Part shown: positions 61,521 through 64,000 of the stretch, one piece after another | Numbering within the stretch: the first letter of the stretch is position 1 | Layout of the letters: the number at the start of each line of letters is the position of its first letter | From: an uncultured Aquiluna sp. | Lineage (GTDB): Bacteria; Actinomycetota; Actinomycetes; Actinomycetales; Microbacteriaceae | Length of the DNA stretch: 64,000 bases | Direction of reading: 5' to 3' | Assembly: GCA_913775595.1 (NCBI GenBank) | Contig: CAJYLB010000001.1 | Coordinates: forward strand, 124,001-188,000 | Position numbers and translations under genes: made by a program | Notes under the pieces: model-generated | What the model was told of the DNA's origin: nothing | Databases searched by the model: none | What the model saw: the letters and a program-made list of their open reading frames with translations, nothing else

Positions 61521-62272
61521 TGCGAATCATCAGATTCAGCCAGGGTGAATCCACCAAGTACGGAGTCCTCGATGGCGAGAGAATCAGCGTGCTCGAGGGT
61601 AAGCCGTTTGAAACGATCCGTGAGACCGGCAACACCTATGAGCTAAAAGACGTGAAGCTGCTTGCCCCTGTTCAGCCAAAGAAGATTGTTCTGGTGGGTT
61701 TGAACTTCGCATCACACGCCGCTGAGATTCACCAGCAGACCCCGAAAGAACCACTTATCTTCTTCAAGCCAACAAGTGCGATTGTTGCCAGCGAGGACAC
61801 TATTGAGCTGCCAGTGCAGTCAGGCCAGGTAGAGATAGAAGCTGAGCTGACGGTAGTTATTGGGAAGACCGCAAAGAATGTTCCTCAGGAGCAGGTGTCT
61901 GATCACATCCTTGGATACACAATTGCAAATGATGTAACGGCGCGGGATATCCAGTTCTCCGACCTGCAGTGGGCAAGAAGCAAAGCATTCGATACCTTTT
62001 GCCCAGTCGGCCCCTGGATAGAGACCGGATTTGACCCGAGCAATAAGCGAATAAGCTCCACCATCAATGGCGAAACCAAGCAGGATGCAAGTACCTCCGA
62101 GATGGTTTATTCGCCTGAGTATTTGGTGTCCTACATCTCCCAGAACTTCACGCTGGAGCCGGGAGATATCATCCTGACAGGCTCCCCTGCCGGCATCTCA
62201 AAGATTGTCTCCGGCGACAGGGTCGAGTGCACAATCGAGGGAATTGGAACTCTAGTCAGCTTGGTCAAATAG
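61520..62272 (+). CDS. Fumarylacetoacetate hydrolase family protein
   Basis: [31 protein letters not shown]. Confidence 0.92.
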   Translation: MRIIRFSQGESTKYGVLDGERISVLEGKPFETIRETGNTYELKDVKLLAPVQPKKIVLVGLNFASHAAEIHQQTPKEPLIFFKPTSAIVASEDTIELPVQSGQVEIEAELTVVIGKTAKNVPQEQVSDHILGYTIANDVTARDIQFSDLQWARSKAFDTFCPVGPWIETGFDPSNKRISSTINGETKQDASTSEMVYSPEYLVSYISQNFTLEPGDIILTGSPAGISKIVSGDRVECTIEGIGTLVSLVK

Positions 62273-62280
62273 GATTTCGG

Positions 62281-63786
62281 GTGACTATGACTTCTCTAAA
62301 CGCTCCCGTCACCCAGGCCCAAGGCTCAGACATCCGAGTTAGATTTTGCCCCAGCCCCACTGGCACCCCTCACGTTGGCCTTATTAGAACTGCCCTGTTC
62401 AACTGGGCCTACGCCCGCAAGACCGGTGGAACGTTTGTTTTTCGTATTGAGGACACTGACGCCGCTCGCGACACTGAGGAGAGCTACGAACAGCTGGTCA
62501 ATGCCCTGCGCTGGCTCGGACTCGACTGGGACGAGGGAGTCGATGTTGGAGGCCCTTCGGGTCCATATCGTCAGAGTGAACGCGGTCAGATCTACCTCGA
62601 TGTGATTGAAAAGCTCAAGGCCTCGGGGCACCTTTATGAGAGCTTCCTCACCGCTGAGGAGATCGAAGAGAGAAATAAGGCCGCCGGCAGAGCTGTGCAG
62701 CTGGGTTATGACAACTCTGAGCGAGAGCTGTCGGATGAGGATCGAGAGCGCTATCTCGCGGAGGGCAGGAGGCCAGCACTTCGTTTGAAGGTTCCCGCGG
62801 AAGACATCACCTTCACAGATCTAGTTCGAGGTGAGATAACTTTTCCCGCTGGTAGCTTCCCGGACTTCGTGCTTGTCAGGCCTGGGGGCCAACCTCTCTA
62901 CACACTGGTAAACCCAGTTGATGATGCCCTTATGGGCATCACCCATGTGCTGAGAGGTGAGGATTTGCTGTCCTCTACCCCGAGGCAGATTGTTCTCTAC
63001 AACGCCCTTGTCGAAGCCGGCATCACAGACTTCGTTCCGCAGTTTGGCCACCTACCTTTTGTCATGGGGGAGGGCAACAAAAAGCTAAGCAAGCGCAACC
63101 CGGAGAGCAACCTGTTTCTGCATCGCGATCGCGGATTCATCCGAGAGGGTCTGCTGAACTACCTTGCGCTATTGGGTTGGTCAATCTCCGCGGACAGGGA
63201 CATCTTCACGCTCACAGAGATGTGTGAAAATTTCGAAATTTCAGACGTGAATCCGAACCCGGCGAGGTTTGACCAGAAGAAGGCAGATTCGATTAACGCC
63301 TCTCACATCAGGCTGCTCGATGGGGAGGATTTCCGTGAGCGCCTCATTCCCTACCTGCAATCCGCGGGTGTTATGAGCTCAACTCCGAGTGAGCGGGAGC
63401 ACGAAATCCTTGCCATGGCAGCGCCGCTGATCCAAGAGCGAATCACTGTCTTGGGGGAGGCGCCAGGAATGGTTGGATTCTTGTTCGCGACCGAGATCAG
63501 CTTCGAAGAGGATGCGCTGAAACAGCTTGGCGAGGACGCGGGAAGTATTGCAAAGCTTGCACACGATGCTTTGCTGGGACTCGCGGAATTCAAAACCGAT
63601 GCAATCCAGGCAGCACTCAGTGAGGCGCTGATTGAGAAGGCTGAGCTAAAGCCGAGGGTTGCATTTGGTGCTGTTAGAACAGCTATTTCGGGCCGGAGAG
63701 TCACCCCACCGCTTTTTGAAAGCATGGAGATTCTTGGCAAGCAGGTTACGCTGGCGAGACTAGAGGCATTCTCAAAGGCCCACTAG
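62281..63786 (+). CDS. gltX: Glutamate--tRNA ligase
   Basis: [24 protein letters not shown]; start GTG 62281 or ATG 62287. Confidence 0.97.
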   Translation: MTMTSLNAPVTQAQGSDIRVRFCPSPTGTPHVGLIRTALFNWAYARKTGGTFVFRIEDTDAARDTEESYEQLVNALRWLGLDWDEGVDVGGPSGPYRQSERGQIYLDVIEKLKASGHLYESFLTAEEIEERNKAAGRAVQLGYDNSERELSDEDRERYLAEGRRPALRLKVPAEDITFTDLVRGEITFPAGSFPDFVLVRPGGQPLYTLVNPVDDALMGITHVLRGEDLLSSTPRQIVLYNALVEAGITDFVPQFGHLPFVMGEGNKKLSKRNPESNLFLHRDRGFIREGLLNYLALLGWSISADRDIFTLTEMCENFEISDVNPNPARFDQKKADSINASHIRLLDGEDFRERLIPYLQSAGVMSSTPSEREHEILAMAAPLIQERITVLGEAPGMVGFLFATEISFEEDALKQLGEDAGSIAKLAHDALLGLAEFKTDAIQAALSEALIEKAELKPRVAFGAVRTAISGRRVTPPLFESMEILGKQVTLARLEAFSKAH

Positions 63787-63804
63787 GATAGAGGCTTGCG
63801 CCCT

Positions 63805-63876
63805 TGGGGTATGGTGTAATTGGCAACACGGAGGTTTCTGGTACCTTTGTTCTTGGTTCGAGTCCAGGTACCCCAG
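63805..63876 (+). tRNA. tRNA-Gln (CTG)
   Basis: TGGGGTA..GAGGT-TTCTGGT-ACCTT..GGTTCGAGTCC..TACCCCAG; CCA not encoded. Confidence 0.95.
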
Positions 63877-64000
63877 CAAGTAGATTCGGAAGCCTGAAAT
63901 GCTTAATTCTTTCGCTTCAGGTTTTCTAGTTTTTGCTTATTTAGCAACAGCTCTCTTTCAAATAGCGATCGTTTTTGGCGCGCCCCTTGGCGAGTACGCA

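Noticed and set aside
63877..64000. Second tRNA or gene end after tRNA-Gln
   Set aside because: No cloverleaf; only an imperfect terminator-like stem, and too little sequence to call a CDS

Overview
Gene-dense actinobacterial chromosome segment with very short intergenic gaps and many overlapping gene ends. Gene content and order are most consistent with a streamlined freshwater Microbacteriaceae (Aquiluna/Rhodoluna-like); this is an inference, not a search result. Most of the window is core housekeeping: lpdA-like, bccA, maf, accD/accE, birA, purKE, galE, whiB2, manB, ahcY, mtrAB-lpqB, comF, hpf, secA, pdtaS, whiB1, ilvD-ilvBNC, serA, leuB, ilvE, gltX, tRNA-Lys(CTT) and tRNA-Gln(CTG). Accessory content includes a heliorhodopsin next to tRNA-Lys, two divergent Bcp peroxiredoxins, a C50-type carotenoid operon, a large 3xLysM surface protein and a CsoR/CstR-family cluster (two rhodaneses, a CoA-disulfide reductase-rhodanese fusion, a SAM methyltransferase). 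Best leads: (1) a 39-aa six-Cys microprotein missed by the ORF track (54322-54441), behind a perfect CsoR-type operator that matches the operator of the His-less CsoR/rhodanese cluster 4 kb away; (2) a candidate structured sRNA (about 7755-7832) beside a response regulator/kinase/pseudokinase trio; (3) an apparent ATT start for the cluster methyltransferase; (4) a 55-aa membrane microprotein upstream of bcp. No CRISPR array, integrase, transposase or rRNA was seen. All product calls come from motif recognition and gene order, not database searches.
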